Counted from the first letter of the stretch, positions 1-10,037 are shown. The stretch: 55,274 bases of DNA from Candidatus Omnitrophota bacterium (GCA_015233495.1 JADFXQ010000001.1:132045-187318); one strand, 5' to 3'. Made by a program: numbers and translations. Notes: generated from the letters alone by a model not told the origin.

Positions 1-646
1 AGGGTACGGGACTCGGGTGAATGCCCGCCGCGACCAGACCGGCAATGTGCGCCATATCGACAAACAGATACGCCCCGACCTTGTCACAGATCTGCCGAAA
101 TTTTTTAAAATCAATCGTTCGCGGATACGCCGATGCCCCGGCAACAATCATCTTAGGTTTATGCCCGACTGCGAGGCGCTCGATTTCGTCATAATCCAAC
201 ATCTCAGTTTTCGGACTCACTTGATATCCGACAAAATTATAAGACTTGCCGGAAAAATTGATCTTCAACCCATGCGTCAAATGCCCGCCGCAGGCCAAAT
301 CCAATGCCAGCACTGTATCGCCGTATTCCAACACGGATAGATATACCGCCATGTTGGCTTGTGATCCGGAATGCGGCTGAACATTGACGTGTTCGGCGCC
401 AAACAATTTTTTCGCGCGTTGGATCGCCAGACTCTCGGCGACATCCACAAATTCGCAGCCGCCATACCAACGCGCTCCCGGATATCCCTCCGCGTATTTA
501 TTAGTCATCACACTGCCTTGGGCTTCCAAAACAGCCGGGGATACAATATTTTCCGAAGCGATCAGTTCGATGTTGTTTTTCTGCCGGGCCAATTCATCCT
601 GGATCGCCTGATAAATTTCCGGATCAGTTTGCTGCAGCGCGCTCAT
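1..646 (-). CDS. glyA: Serine hydroxymethyltransferase, 3' part runs off the window
   Basis: Not in the ORF track. Manual minus-strand translation from ATG at 646 gives [68 protein letters not shown]...[13 protein letters not shown], which carries the SHMT signatures. Confidence 0.97.
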   Translation of the reverse strand, partial: MSALQQTDPEIYQAIQDELARQKNNIELIASENIVSPAVLEAQGSVMTNKYAEGYPGARWYGGCEFVDVAESLAIQRAKKLFGAEHVNVQPHSGSQANMAVYLSVLEYGDTVLALDLACGGHLTHGLKINFSGKSYNFVGYQVSPKTEMLDYDEIERLAVGHKPKMIVAGASAYPRTIDFKKFRQICDKVGAYLFVDMAHIAGLVAAGIHPSPVP

Positions 647-685
647 ATATTTTTTCCCTGATTGTTGCCGCTCGGATTAAACAAA

Positions 686-1189
686 TTAACAACCACAATC
701 CCTTGCCCTGTCGACCGCCTTTTTCCGGTTTAGGGTATCCGGATTTTCTCCCTGCTCTATTTTCTGAATCATTTTAAATCTACGCAAATGCCGGCCGCCT
801 TCAAACGGAGTGGCTAACCAAGTTGTCACAATGGTTTTTAATTGCGCGGCTTTCAGGCTCATCGCCCCAATGACCAAAATATTCGCGTTGTTATGCTGAC
901 GGCATAACCGCGCCGAAGCTAAATTATAACACAAAGCCGCGTAAGCGCCTTTGACTTTATTCGCGGCAATTACTTGGCCGTTGCCCGACATGCAAATCAA
1001 AATCCCCCGGCTGTTTTTGTCCCGGCTGACGCGGGACGCCACGCCATACGCTACTAAGGGATAATCGCAACTCTGCTGGGCGGTATGCGTGCCTGCATCC
1101 ACCACGTCATGACCGGCTTTTTCCAAAATAGCGACGATTTTCGATTTTAATAAATATCCCCGGTGATCCGCTCCAATAAAAATTTTCAC
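686..1189 (-). CDS. rpiB: Ribose-5-phosphate isomerase B (RpiB/LacAB family)
   Basis: IGADHRG, DYP, ILICMSGNG, ANKVKG, RQHNNANIL and FEGGRH.RR motifs. Start placed at GTG 1189; the ORF track extends to 1240. Confidence 0.93.
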   Translation of the reverse strand: MKIFIGADHRGYLLKSKIVAILEKAGHDVVDAGTHTAQQSCDYPLVAYGVASRVSRDKNSRGILICMSGNGQVIAANKVKGAYAALCYNLASARLCRQHNNANILVIGAMSLKAAQLKTIVTTWLATPFEGGRHLRRFKMIQKIEQGENPDTLNRKKAVDRARDCGC

Positions 1190-1279
1190 GGTGATTCCCT
1201 TCCTCATGCAAGCCGCAGCCGCTAAACAGAACCGACACACTGTACGCTCTTTCCACGCCTGCCGTCTGCCACCCTCCGA

Positions 1280-2344
1280 TTAAATCAACTCCACAATCTT
1301 ATGCGCCGCCTGCTTGATCACTGCCAGGCATGACTTGTATTCTTGATAGGTCTGCCCGATCGGATCAGGGACATCCAGGTCCAGCTGAATCCCGGAACCG
1401 CTGCCGACAAATTCTTTTAACAGATAAACCCGTTTCTCCACTTCCGGAGCGCGGTCTAAAATCTGAACCCTATGCATCCGGGTCATGGCGAAAATCAAAT
1501 CCGCTTTCTTCAGCAGCACCGCGCTAAGCGGTTGTGATTCATGGCCGGTCGCGTCGATCCCCTCTTCCTGCAAAACCGAAATCGTCTCCGGGCTCGCTGA
1601 CGTCTGAAGAAACACATTCGTTCCCGCGGAAACAATCTCCACATCCTTACGGCCCGGGATCAGACTTTTCAGAACATATTGCGCCATCACGGAACGACAA
1701 CTGTTGCCCGTGCAAACAAACAAAATCGTCTTGCGTCCCCAGACTTGATCGATATCCGCTTGGGTGATAACGCCTTGGCGCTGAATAAGCGGTTTGCCTC
1801 CGGTCATGTCCACAACCGAAGAACCCACCCCGAATTTCGCCGGGCCGCCGTCAATCGCCAAATCTACCAACCCATCCAAATCCGCCAAAGCTTCTTTGCA
1901 GGTCACCGGCGGAGTATAGCCTTCGCGATTCGCCGAAGGCGCGGCAATCGTGCATTGCGACTCCCGCACCAAACAGAGGGCGATCGGATGATCCGGCATC
2001 CGCACCCCGATGGTATCGCCAGCCTCTTTAGCCGGAACAATCAAAGTGAGCGGGCCGGGCCAAAAAGCGTCAATCAACTTATAAATTCTGGGATCCGTCG
2101 ATGAGGTATAATTGGAAATCAATCCTGCCTGGCCGACCAAAACAGAAAACGGTTTGCCGGCTTTACGGTGTTTGACTTCCCGCAAGCGCTGCACCGCCGC
2201 CGGATTTCCGTTATCCGCGGCAATCCCATAGACAGTTTCCGTAGGAAAAATAACCAAACCGCCGCGTCTGATGACCTGACTGGCTAGAGCGATTTTTTCC
2301 CATTCCGGATCTTGGGGTTGAATCGTTATGATTTCGGTTTTCAA
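1280..2344 (-). CDS. tsaC: Fusion of L-threonylcarbamoyladenylate synthase (TsaC/Sua5-YrdC domain) and a low-molecular-weight protein phosphatase (YwlE/PtpA-like)
   Basis: N-terminal IFPTETVYGI, K.R...KP, FWPGPLT, GVRMP and APSAN motifs. C-terminal FVCTGNSCRS (CX5R) and DVPDP motifs. Confidence 0.9.
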   Translation of the reverse strand: MKTEIITIQPQDPEWEKIALASQVIRRGGLVIFPTETVYGIAADNGNPAAVQRLREVKHRKAGKPFSVLVGQAGLISNYTSSTDPRIYKLIDAFWPGPLTLIVPAKEAGDTIGVRMPDHPIALCLVRESQCTIAAPSANREGYTPPVTCKEALADLDGLVDLAIDGGPAKFGVGSSVVDMTGGKPLIQRQGVITQADIDQVWGRKTILFVCTGNSCRSVMAQYVLKSLIPGRKDVEIVSAGTNVFLQTSASPETISVLQEEGIDATGHESQPLSAVLLKKADLIFAMTRMHRVQILDRAPEVEKRVYLLKEFVGSGSGIQLDLDVPDPIGQTYQEYKSCLAVIKQAAHKIVELI

Positions 2345-2346
2345 AA

Positions 2347-2823
2347 CTATTCCGCCTCTAAAATTTTTTTACGCTGCGTTTCGCGGAATTCCTCCAGCCG
2401 TTTCACCAAACCTTTATTCTCCAAAGCTAAAATTCGCAGAGCCAGATAAGCCGCGTTTTTCGCGCCGGCCGGACCAACCGCGACTGCCGCCACCGGCACG
2501 CCCGGCGGCATCTGCACAGTGGACAAAAGCGCGTCTATTCCCCCTAGCGACGCTTCCAACGGCACGCCAATCACCGGCAAAGACGTGTGCGCCGCGACCA
2601 CGCCGGCTAAAGCGGCCGACATGCCCGCTCCGCAAATCACCACTTTAAATCCCCGTCCCGCCAATTCCTCCGCGTAACAGGCGGTTTCCTTAGGCGTACG
2701 ATGCGCTGATAAAACTTTGGTTTCCGCAGCCACGCCGAAATCCCGCAAAACCTCCGCCGCCTTGGCCATCACCACAGCGTCGGACGAACTCCCCATCATG
2801 ATCGCGACAACCGGATTTGTCAT
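2347..2823 (-). CDS. purE: N5-carboxyaminoimidazole ribonucleotide mutase
   Basis: IMMGSSSD, SAHRTP, PVIGVP and VQMPPGVPV motifs. Confidence 0.97.
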   Translation of the reverse strand: MTNPVVAIMMGSSSDAVVMAKAAEVLRDFGVAAETKVLSAHRTPKETACYAEELAGRGFKVVICGAGMSAALAGVVAAHTSLPVIGVPLEASLGGIDALLSTVQMPPGVPVAAVAVGPAGAKNAAYLALRILALENKGLVKRLEEFRETQRKKILEAE

Positions 2824-2842
2824 AGCAACTCCTTCGGGCTAT

Positions 2843-2922
2843 CAGTATACAGTATACGGTATATGGTGCCACTTTTCACTAAATATAAAACTATGCAAAC
2901 AATGCTTCTGTATACCGTATAC
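2843..2922. repeat. Heptamer-repeat inverted pair in the purD-purE spacer
   Basis: CAGTATA-CAGTATA-CGGTATA at ~2844-2863. GTATACGGTATA (2852-2863) is the reverse complement of TATACCGTATAC (2911-2922). Confidence 0.6.
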
Positions 2923-2934
2923 AATTATGCCGCC

Positions 2935-4209
2935 CTATAGCCTCCCCACAGCCTTCGCGCCGATGTCCCGACGGAAAAAACAATGCTCAAATTTAATTTT
3001 TTCAACCGATCGATACGCCTGGTCCATAGCCGCTTCAAGGCCTTGCCCCAAACCTGTCACTCCCAGAACGCGTCCGCCGCTGGCAACGATATGTCCATCC
3101 GCCATTTTGGTGCCAGCGTGAAAAACCACCGTGTGCGGATTCTCCTGCGCCGCGTCCAAACCCGTAATGGTCATGCCGGTCGGATATTTCCCGGGATACC
3201 CTGCCGCGCTCATCACCACACAAACGCTGGCCCGCGGATCCCATTCGATCTTTTTTCCCGCCAGCCGTCCTTCGCACGCCGCCAGCATCAAGTCAACCAA
3301 ATCACTTTTCATCCGCGGCAGCACTGCCTGAGTTTCCGGATCCCCAAAACGAACATTATATTCCAAAACCATCGGACCGTCCACGGTGATCATAATCCCG
3401 GCATACAAAATCCCCCGAAACGTCAGGCCCCGCTGCCGCATCCCGCGCAGGGTCGGTTCAATAACCCGCGCTTCTATTTCCTTTATCATCCGGCCGCTGG
3501 CCATCGGCGCCGGAGAATACGCGCCCATGCCGCCGGTATTCGGGCCTAAATCATCATCAAAAATCCGTTTATGATCTTGCGCCGAATCCAACAAAAGCGC
3601 GGCGCTCCCATCGCAAATGGCCAATAGGGAAACTTCTTCGCCCTGTAAACATTGTTCAATAACAACACGTTGACCAGCCTCGTTAAAAATTTTCTTCCCC
3701 ATCATATCGTCGATCGCCTGCTCCGCCGCTTTTTTATCAGCGCAAATCACCACCCCTTTTCCGGCAGCCAAACCGTCGGCTTTTACCACGATCGGATAAT
3801 CGCAGCGCTCCAAAAATTGCCGAGCGGCTGTCGGCTCGTTGAACGTCCGGAATAACGCGGTTGGGATATGATTATCGCGCATGAATTCCTTGGCAAAAAT
3901 CTTGCTGCCTTCCAACCGCGCGGCCGCTTGCGATGGGCCAAAAATTTTTAACCCCGCGGCTACGAAAGCGTCCACAATGCCGGCTACCAAAGCCACTTCC
4001 GGACCGACCACCGTAAGCCCGATTTTTTCGCGGCGGGCAAACTCCAGCAAAGCCGGCACATTATCCGCGGCAATAGCCACGCATTCCGCGATTGCTGAGA
4101 TGCCGCCATTGCCCGGCGCGCAATAAATTTTTTGCGCCAAAGGGCTTTGCCGGATTTTCCAAATCAGGGCGTGTTCCCGGCCGCCCGAACCAATGACGAG
4201 AATTTTCAT
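2935..4209 (-). CDS. purD: Phosphoribosylamine-glycine ligase
   Basis: MKILVIGSGGREHAL, KADGLAAGKGV, QDHKR..D.D.GPNTGGMGAYSP and EYNVRFGDPETQ motifs. Start placed at ATG 4209. Confidence 0.98.
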   Translation of the reverse strand: MKILVIGSGGREHALIWKIRQSPLAQKIYCAPGNGGISAIAECVAIAADNVPALLEFARREKIGLTVVGPEVALVAGIVDAFVAAGLKIFGPSQAAARLEGSKIFAKEFMRDNHIPTALFRTFNEPTAARQFLERCDYPIVVKADGLAAGKGVVICADKKAAEQAIDDMMGKKIFNEAGQRVVIEQCLQGEEVSLLAICDGSAALLLDSAQDHKRIFDDDLGPNTGGMGAYSPAPMASGRMIKEIEARVIEPTLRGMRQRGLTFRGILYAGIMITVDGPMVLEYNVRFGDPETQAVLPRMKSDLVDLMLAACEGRLAGKKIEWDPRASVCVVMSAAGYPGKYPTGMTITGLDAAQENPHTVVFHAGTKMADGHIVASGGRVLGVTGLGQGLEAAMDQAYRSVEKIKFEHCFFRRDIGAKAVGRL

Positions 4210-4263
4210 GTTTGCCAATGTGAAAAACTGGTTAACTGGATGCGTTTTGGTTGCCTCTGCGAA

Positions 4264-5265
4264 TTAACTCAATATCATCTTCCGCTTGCGGTCGGCAACC
4301 ACTTCGCCGATTTCGTAAAAATTGATTTTATTTTTATGAAAAAACTTGCGCGCCCGCGGCATTTCCGCCGGCGCGAATACCATGACCATCCCGATCCCCA
4401 TGTTAAAAGTGCGGTACATCTCGTCGCGTTCCACCTGTCCTTGTTGCTGAACTATCCGCAAAATATCCGGGACCGGCCAGCTCTTGATGTCCAATGAAAA
4501 ACACTTGCCCGCCGGTAAAATCTTGGTGACTTTGTCAAAATACGCGCCGCCGGTGACATGGGCGATCCCTTTCACTTCCAAATCCCGGGTGACCGCCTTG
4601 ACTTCCTGCGCATAAATCCGGGTCGGAGCCATGACCTGCTTCGCGAATTTTTTCAACTGAGCCGGTCTCAAGGCTTTGCGAATCAAAGAGTATCCGTTGG
4701 AATGCGGCCCGCTCGACGGCAGACCAACGGCAATATCGCCAACCTTGATCCGTTGTCCGTCGATGATCCTTTTCTTCTCAACAATGCCGACCGCGAACCC
4801 GGCCAGATCATATTCGTTCGGGCCATACAAACCCGGCATTTCCGCGGTTTCCCCGCCGATCAAACTGCACCCGGCCTGACGGCATCCCGCCGCGATCCCG
4901 GACACCACCGCGTTCAACACCTTTATATCAATTTTCCCGCAGGCGATATAATCCAAAAAGAAAAGCGGCCGCGCGCCCACGCACAATATATCATTCACAT
5001 TCATCGCCACCAGATCAATGCCTACCGTGTTATGAATGCCCAAAGCCTGCGCGATTAACAACTTCGTGCCCACCCCGTCCGTAGAAGAAGCAATAACCGG
5101 CTCTTTATATTTTTTCCGCGAAATCTCAAACAAACTGCCAAAGGCGGTTGTCCGGTTGAGCACCGCGGAGGTAAAAGTGCTTTTCACCTCGCGGCCAATG
5201 CTCCGCACAAAATCTTCCGCCTTATCGATATCCACCCCGCTGGTCTTATAAGTCATCTTACGCAT
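4264..5265 (-). CDS. purM: Phosphoribosylformylglycinamidine cyclo-ligase
   Basis: TY..SGVDI, STDGVGTK, GIDLVAMNVND, LIGGETAEMPG, SSGPHSNGYSL and TFNMGIG motifs. Confidence 0.98.
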   Translation of the reverse strand: MRKMTYKTSGVDIDKAEDFVRSIGREVKSTFTSAVLNRTTAFGSLFEISRKKYKEPVIASSTDGVGTKLLIAQALGIHNTVGIDLVAMNVNDILCVGARPLFFLDYIACGKIDIKVLNAVVSGIAAGCRQAGCSLIGGETAEMPGLYGPNEYDLAGFAVGIVEKKRIIDGQRIKVGDIAVGLPSSGPHSNGYSLIRKALRPAQLKKFAKQVMAPTRIYAQEVKAVTRDLEVKGIAHVTGGAYFDKVTKILPAGKCFSLDIKSWPVPDILRIVQQQGQVERDEMYRTFNMGIGMVMVFAPAEMPRARKFFHKNKINFYEIGEVVADRKRKMILS

Positions 5266-5325
5266 ACAGCAGTACTCCTCTTAATATATGTCACAAATCA
5301 ATCCACAAAGAACGCGCGCCCCAGT

Positions 5326-5582
5326 CCGCTTGTTTACGGTTCGGCGCGTCCGTTATCTGCCGCTGTGAGCGAAAGCTGTTTTGCGCCGGATCAGCGGAAA
5401 AATTTCCATTCGCGCCACTGTTTGAGTGCCGCGGCATCGCAAAGCGATGACGCGGTGCGAGTTAGGCGCGACCGCTGATCCGGCGCAAAACAGCGGCCCG
5501 ATCTGGGCAGAACCCAGTTCTGCCCAGATCGGGTGAAGCTCAGTGCGGCAGATAACGGACGCGCCGAACCGTAAACAAGCGG
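5326..5582. repeat. 257-bp element with nested perfect inverted repeats (MITE-like or structured RNA)
   Basis: 38-bp perfect terminal IR (5326-5363 / 5545-5582), 23-bp IR (5375-5397 / 5472-5494) and a 17-bp hairpin (5497-5533), plus small inner hairpins. Confidence 0.85.
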
Positions 5583-5633
5583 CCCCTCCGCACGCCGTCA
5601 AACAAGCACCATATCACACGTATAGCCAACACT

Positions 5634-6458
5634 TTATATATTCACACGCGCGTAATTCACGCCGTTTTCAAAAATCTTCGCGCCGTCGCCAAATTCGCTT
5701 TTCTTGTCTAACCGCGTCCAAAACGGATGCTGGGTAAACAAAAAATGCCGTTCCGGATGCGGCATCAAACCCAGCACGTGTCCAGTCGCGTCCGTGATCC
5801 CGGCAATATGTTCATAAGAACCGTTGGGATCCTGCGGATAAACCGGATTAATGCCGTCGGGACTGCAATAGCGGAAAACAATTTGCTGGTTCTGCTTTAG
5901 CTCGCGGGCAACACGATCATTGATCGGAATAAATTTGCCTTCCGCGTGCGCCACCGGAAAAAACACCTGCCCCGGCAAACCTTCCGTCCAGACACTGCGC
6001 CCGGAAACCCGCAAATGCACCCAACGATCTTCAAATTTACCCGAATTATTATTCGTCAAAGTCGCAGTCTGAATAAAACTTTTATCCTGGGCAACAACCG
6101 AGTCCGCCCCGGGCAAAATCCCCGCTTTAACCAAAATCTGAAACCCGTTGCAAATCCCGATAATCAATTTCCTGCGCCGGATAAAATCGCGCAAACTATC
6201 GGCAAGATAAACCCGCAATTCATTAGCCAACACCCTGCCCGACTCAATATCATCGCCATAGGTAAACCCGCCGGGAATAGCCAAAATATGATAATCGGCA
6301 AGCTTGATCCCGCCTTTGACCAAAAGGTTTATGTGCGCGAGCTCCACTGAAACGCCGAACCGCTGAAAGGCAAAAGCGGTTTCCTGATCGCAATTAGTCC
6401 CGGCGCTGCGCAGGACCAGAGCCTTAACTTTTTTTCTTGGCAGTTTTTTGTTTGCCAT
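5634..6458 (-). CDS. purQ: Phosphoribosylformylglycinamidine synthase glutaminase subunit
   Basis: GTNCD.ET, IPGGFTYGD, GICNGFQIL, AHAEGK and GLMPHPER motifs. Start placed at ATG 6458. Confidence 0.96.
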   Translation of the reverse strand: MANKKLPRKKVKALVLRSAGTNCDQETAFAFQRFGVSVELAHINLLVKGGIKLADYHILAIPGGFTYGDDIESGRVLANELRVYLADSLRDFIRRRKLIIGICNGFQILVKAGILPGADSVVAQDKSFIQTATLTNNNSGKFEDRWVHLRVSGRSVWTEGLPGQVFFPVAHAEGKFIPINDRVARELKQNQQIVFRYCSPDGINPVYPQDPNGSYEHIAGITDATGHVLGLMPHPERHFLFTQHPFWTRLDKKSEFGDGAKIFENGVNYARVNI

Positions 6459-7131
6459 AAAATTTCCTAAATATGTCAATTACCTCTTCCGGCGTGTCCG
6501 CCACCTGGAAGAGTTCGAGATCTTTGGGCTCGATTTTATTTTCCTTAAGCATCTGGTCTTTTAACCACTGAATCAAACCATCCCAATACGCGTGGCCAAA
6601 AAATACCATCGGCACTTTTTTCATGCGCCCCGTCTGAATCAACGTCAAGCACTCAAACAATTCATCCATCGTGCCGTACCCGCCGGGAACAATGACAAAT
6701 CCCCATGCGTATTTTAAAAACATTACCTTACGCGCGAAAAAATAATGAAAATTCACCAAATGCGTGATATACGGGTTCGGCTTTTGCTCGAAGGGCAGTT
6801 CAATATTCAACCCATAAGATTTTCCGCCTGCCTGAAACGCGCCTTTATTGCCGGCTTCCATGATCCCCGGCCCCCCGCCGGTAATAACCGCATAACCCTC
6901 CTTGATAAACAGCCGGGCCATTTTTTCCGTGGCCCGAAACATGGGGTCATCAAAACGCGTGCGCGCTGACCCGAAAATCGTCACCGCCGGCCCGATATTG
7001 GAAAAAGATTCAAACCCGCCGACAAATTCCGCCATGATCCGAAACACCCGCCACGGGTCTTCGATTTTCAAATCTTCCATCTGCCGGTTGTTCTGGCCGT
7101 TGCCGATAATCCACGGATTCCGCTTCTGCAT
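6424..7131 (-). CDS. LOG family (TIGR00730-like) nucleotide phosphoribohydrolase
   Basis: VTIFGSAR, ITGGGPGIMEA.N.GA, LPFEQ.PN, YFFARK and PGGYGTMDELFE motifs. Start placed at ATG 7131. Confidence 0.93.
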   Translation of the reverse strand: MQKRNPWIIGNGQNNRQMEDLKIEDPWRVFRIMAEFVGGFESFSNIGPAVTIFGSARTRFDDPMFRATEKMARLFIKEGYAVITGGGPGIMEAGNKGAFQAGGKSYGLNIELPFEQKPNPYITHLVNFHYFFARKVMFLKYAWGFVIVPGGYGTMDELFECLTLIQTGRMKKVPMVFFGHAYWDGLIQWLKDQMLKENKIEPKDLELFQVADTPEEVIDIFRKFYGKQKTAKKKS

Positions 7132-7133
7132 AT

Positions 7134-10037
7134 TTACCACCTTAAGGGTTTTTGCCAGGCCTCTTTCAGGTCCCGGATATTCGAATTGATCAACGCCGTA
7201 TCTTTAAAACCATAAACCGCCAGCCGCGCCTCTGCCTCTACCCGGCCTACCAATCCATAAGGTAAACCGCGCAGAATTGTTTCAAAAGCCCGCTGTTGTT
7301 CCGGCTCAATCTCTACGACAAACCGGGTGTTGGATTCGGAAAATAAGATAAAATCCTCCCGCCGGCCCGCGCCTTGATACGGCACGCGTTCCAAACGAGC
7401 GCTCACCCCCATCCCGCCGGCAAAAGCCATTTCCGCTAAAGCGACAGCCAACCCGCCGTCCGAGCAATCATGACACGACCGCACCAAACCTGTTTGCATC
7501 GCCTGATGCAAAACGGCAAATATTTTTACGCCCAGCTTGGCTGCAACACCCGGAACCGACGACCCCAAAACGCCGAGCGTGTCAAAATAAATCGACCCGC
7601 CCATTTCATCGCGAGTCATCCCTACCACATAAAGCAAATTTCCGGCGGCTTTCAAGTCCATCGTGACTGTCCGACGAACATCCGGAACAATGCCGATCGC
7701 CGAAATTAAAATCGTCCCCGGAATCGCGATGGTTTGGTTTCCCTGGCCGTATTCATTATACAAACTGTCTTTCCCGGAAATAAACGGCGCGCCATAACCA
7801 ATCGCCGTATCCGCGCAGCCCTGGGCGCAACGCACCAGGCCGCCCAGCCGCTCGGGTTTATCCGGATTGCCCCAGCAAAAATTATCCAATAGCGCGGTCC
7901 GCTGCGGATCGCCGCCCACCGCGACAACCTGACGCAGGGCTTCATCCACACACGACGCGGCCATCGCGTAGGGATCAATCTTTCCGTAGGCAGGATGAAT
8001 CCCATTGGCAATGGCGATCCCTTGATACGACCCCAGCCGCGGCGTAATCACCGCCGCGTCCGAGGGGCCGTCGCACGCCGGCCCGCAAAACGGTTTCACC
8101 ACGCTCCCGCCCTGCACCTCATGATCATACTGCCGGACAACCCATTCCTTGGAACACACATTCAAATGCGCCAAGGCCTTAACCAAAGCCTGATTCAAAT
8201 CCGGTTTCGGCGGCAGTTTCGGCTCTTTACACTTAGGAAGCGCCCAGACCGCCTCTTTTGTCATCTTGGGATGTCCTGTATGCAAAAATTTCATGTCCAA
8301 AACGCAGACCGCGCGACCCTGAAAAAACAACTCCAACCGTCCGTTACCGGAAAATTCGCCGATCACCGCAGCCTCAACATTCTCGCCGGCAAAAACTTCC
8401 ACCAGACGCTTCACGTGACGCCGCGGCACGGACAAAACCATACGCTCCTGCGATTCCGAAATCCAAATCTCTTCGTAATTCAACCCCTGATATTTTAGCG
8501 GCACCAAATCCAGATCAATCCGGGCTCCCAGCTCCTGCCCCATCTCGCCCACCGCGCTCGATAACCCGCCTGCCCCGCAATCCGTGACTGCCGTGTATAA
8601 ATTCATGTCCCGGGCCTTAAGGAGCCCGTCTAAAACTTTCTTCTCCTGAATCGGATCTCCGATCTGCACCGCTCCGGAAGAAACTGTTTCCGATTCCGCG
8701 GTCAATTCCCCGGAAGAAAACGTCGCGCCGTGAATCCCGTCGCGGCCGGTGCGGCCGCCAACCACGACCACGCAGTCGCCCGCGCCGACTTTTTTAAACA
8801 CTTTATCCTTAGGCAGGATACCCACCGTGCCGCAATACACCAAAGGATTTCCCAAATACAAAGGATCAAAACAAATCGCCCCATTCACCGTAGGGATACC
8901 CATTTTATTGCCATAATCGCGCACCCCGCTCACCACGCCCTTCATCACCCGTTTCGGATGCAAAGTCCCAGCCGGCAAAGACGCGAAATCCGTTTCGGGC
9001 GGCGCGAAACAAAACACATCCGTCGAACAAACCGGTTTCGCGCCCAAACCCGTCCCCAGAATATCGCGGATCACCCCGCCCACCCCGGTATTCGCCCCGC
9101 CAAACGGTTCTAAGGCGGAAGGATGGTTATGCGTCTCCACCTTAAAACAAACATTCATGTCGTCGTCAAACTCAATCACGCCGGCGTTGTCATGAAACAC
9201 GGACACGCACCAAGATTTATTGATCGTCTGGGTAGCCCGGACAATTGTGCTTTTCAAAAGATTTTTGATTTTTTTGCGGCGGACTTTTCCATTTACCTTC
9301 CATGCAAAATTAATATCGCCGCGGAAAGTTTTATGGAAACAATGTTCGCTCCAAGTCTGCGCGATAGTTTCCAGCTCGCAGTCCGTCGGGTCGCGTCCCA
9401 AATTTTTAAAATGCGCCCGGATCGCCCGCATCTCCGTCAGATTCAAAAACAAATGCCCCCGGCCGCTCAAAGCCGTCAATTCCCGGTCATCGGCATTCAA
9501 TAAATCAATATGCGCTAAACGAAAATCCTTTAACGGAGCGCCCGCGGTCAAAGAAATCATTTTAAAGTCTTCCGGAACAACCTGCTGGATCAATTTATTG
9601 GCCAAGACTTTATTGACGATTACGTCCAATTCTTTGTCGGAAATGTCTCCGAAAAGAAAATACCTGCGCGCCGTGCGCACCGCCTCGACCTGAGCATAAC
9701 CCAAATCCCGGATCCCTTTCATCGTCGATTGCTCGACGGGATCCATAACCCCGGGATGATACGCAATCTCCGCCACCCGATGTTTTTTCCCGGACGCGGC
9801 CGCATGCCTTTTTCCATCAACGGAACAAACACATTCCTGCGTCACCGGGTCCGTCAACAATTCCCGGCCGATCCGCCGCGCGGCATCCGCTGACAACTCT
9901 CCCTGAATCAAAAACACTCCAACCGTTTCCACCGCCTCAACCGGACGCACCCCCAGCTCAACCGCGGTCTTCAAAACCGCGCCGGCAAGCGGATCCACAA
10001 TGCCTGATTTATGTTTGATTTCAATACGCCAAATCAT
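7134..10037 (-). CDS. purL: Phosphoribosylformylglycinamidine synthase PurL with two N-terminal PurS-like domains
   Basis: QTWSEHC.HK, KVETHNHPSA.EPFGGANTGVGGVIRD, GRDGIHGATF, DCGAGGL, SESQERM and ISGKDSLYN motifs. About 155 extra N-terminal residues contain two PurS-like repeats. Confidence 0.97.
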   Translation of the reverse strand: MIWRIEIKHKSGIVDPLAGAVLKTAVELGVRPVEAVETVGVFLIQGELSADAARRIGRELLTDPVTQECVCSVDGKRHAAASGKKHRVAEIAYHPGVMDPVEQSTMKGIRDLGYAQVEAVRTARRYFLFGDISDKELDVIVNKVLANKLIQQVVPEDFKMISLTAGAPLKDFRLAHIDLLNADDRELTALSGRGHLFLNLTEMRAIRAHFKNLGRDPTDCELETIAQTWSEHCFHKTFRGDINFAWKVNGKVRRKKIKNLLKSTIVRATQTINKSWCVSVFHDNAGVIEFDDDMNVCFKVETHNHPSALEPFGGANTGVGGVIRDILGTGLGAKPVCSTDVFCFAPPETDFASLPAGTLHPKRVMKGVVSGVRDYGNKMGIPTVNGAICFDPLYLGNPLVYCGTVGILPKDKVFKKVGAGDCVVVVGGRTGRDGIHGATFSSGELTAESETVSSGAVQIGDPIQEKKVLDGLLKARDMNLYTAVTDCGAGGLSSAVGEMGQELGARIDLDLVPLKYQGLNYEEIWISESQERMVLSVPRRHVKRLVEVFAGENVEAAVIGEFSGNGRLELFFQGRAVCVLDMKFLHTGHPKMTKEAVWALPKCKEPKLPPKPDLNQALVKALAHLNVCSKEWVVRQYDHEVQGGSVVKPFCGPACDGPSDAAVITPRLGSYQGIAIANGIHPAYGKIDPYAMAASCVDEALRQVVAVGGDPQRTALLDNFCWGNPDKPERLGGLVRCAQGCADTAIGYGAPFISGKDSLYNEYGQGNQTIAIPGTILISAIGIVPDVRRTVTMDLKAAGNLLYVVGMTRDEMGGSIYFDTLGVLGSSVPGVAAKLGVKIFAVLHQAMQTGLVRSCHDCSDGGLAVALAEMAFAGGMGVSARLERVPYQGAGRREDFILFSESNTRFVVEIEPEQQRAFETILRGLPYGLVGRVEAEARLAVYGFKDTALINSNIRDLKEAWQKPLRW

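Noticed and set aside
17..661. Plus-strand ORFs 17..340, 371..661 and 384..611, and short minus ORFs 237..470 and 277..465
   Set aside because: Shadows or alternate frames of glyA, which occupies the minus strand from 646 to the window edge.
5353..5737. ORFs 5353..5601 (-) and 5543..5737 (+)
   Set aside because: They arise from the GC-rich inverted-repeat element and have no RBS or protein-like features.
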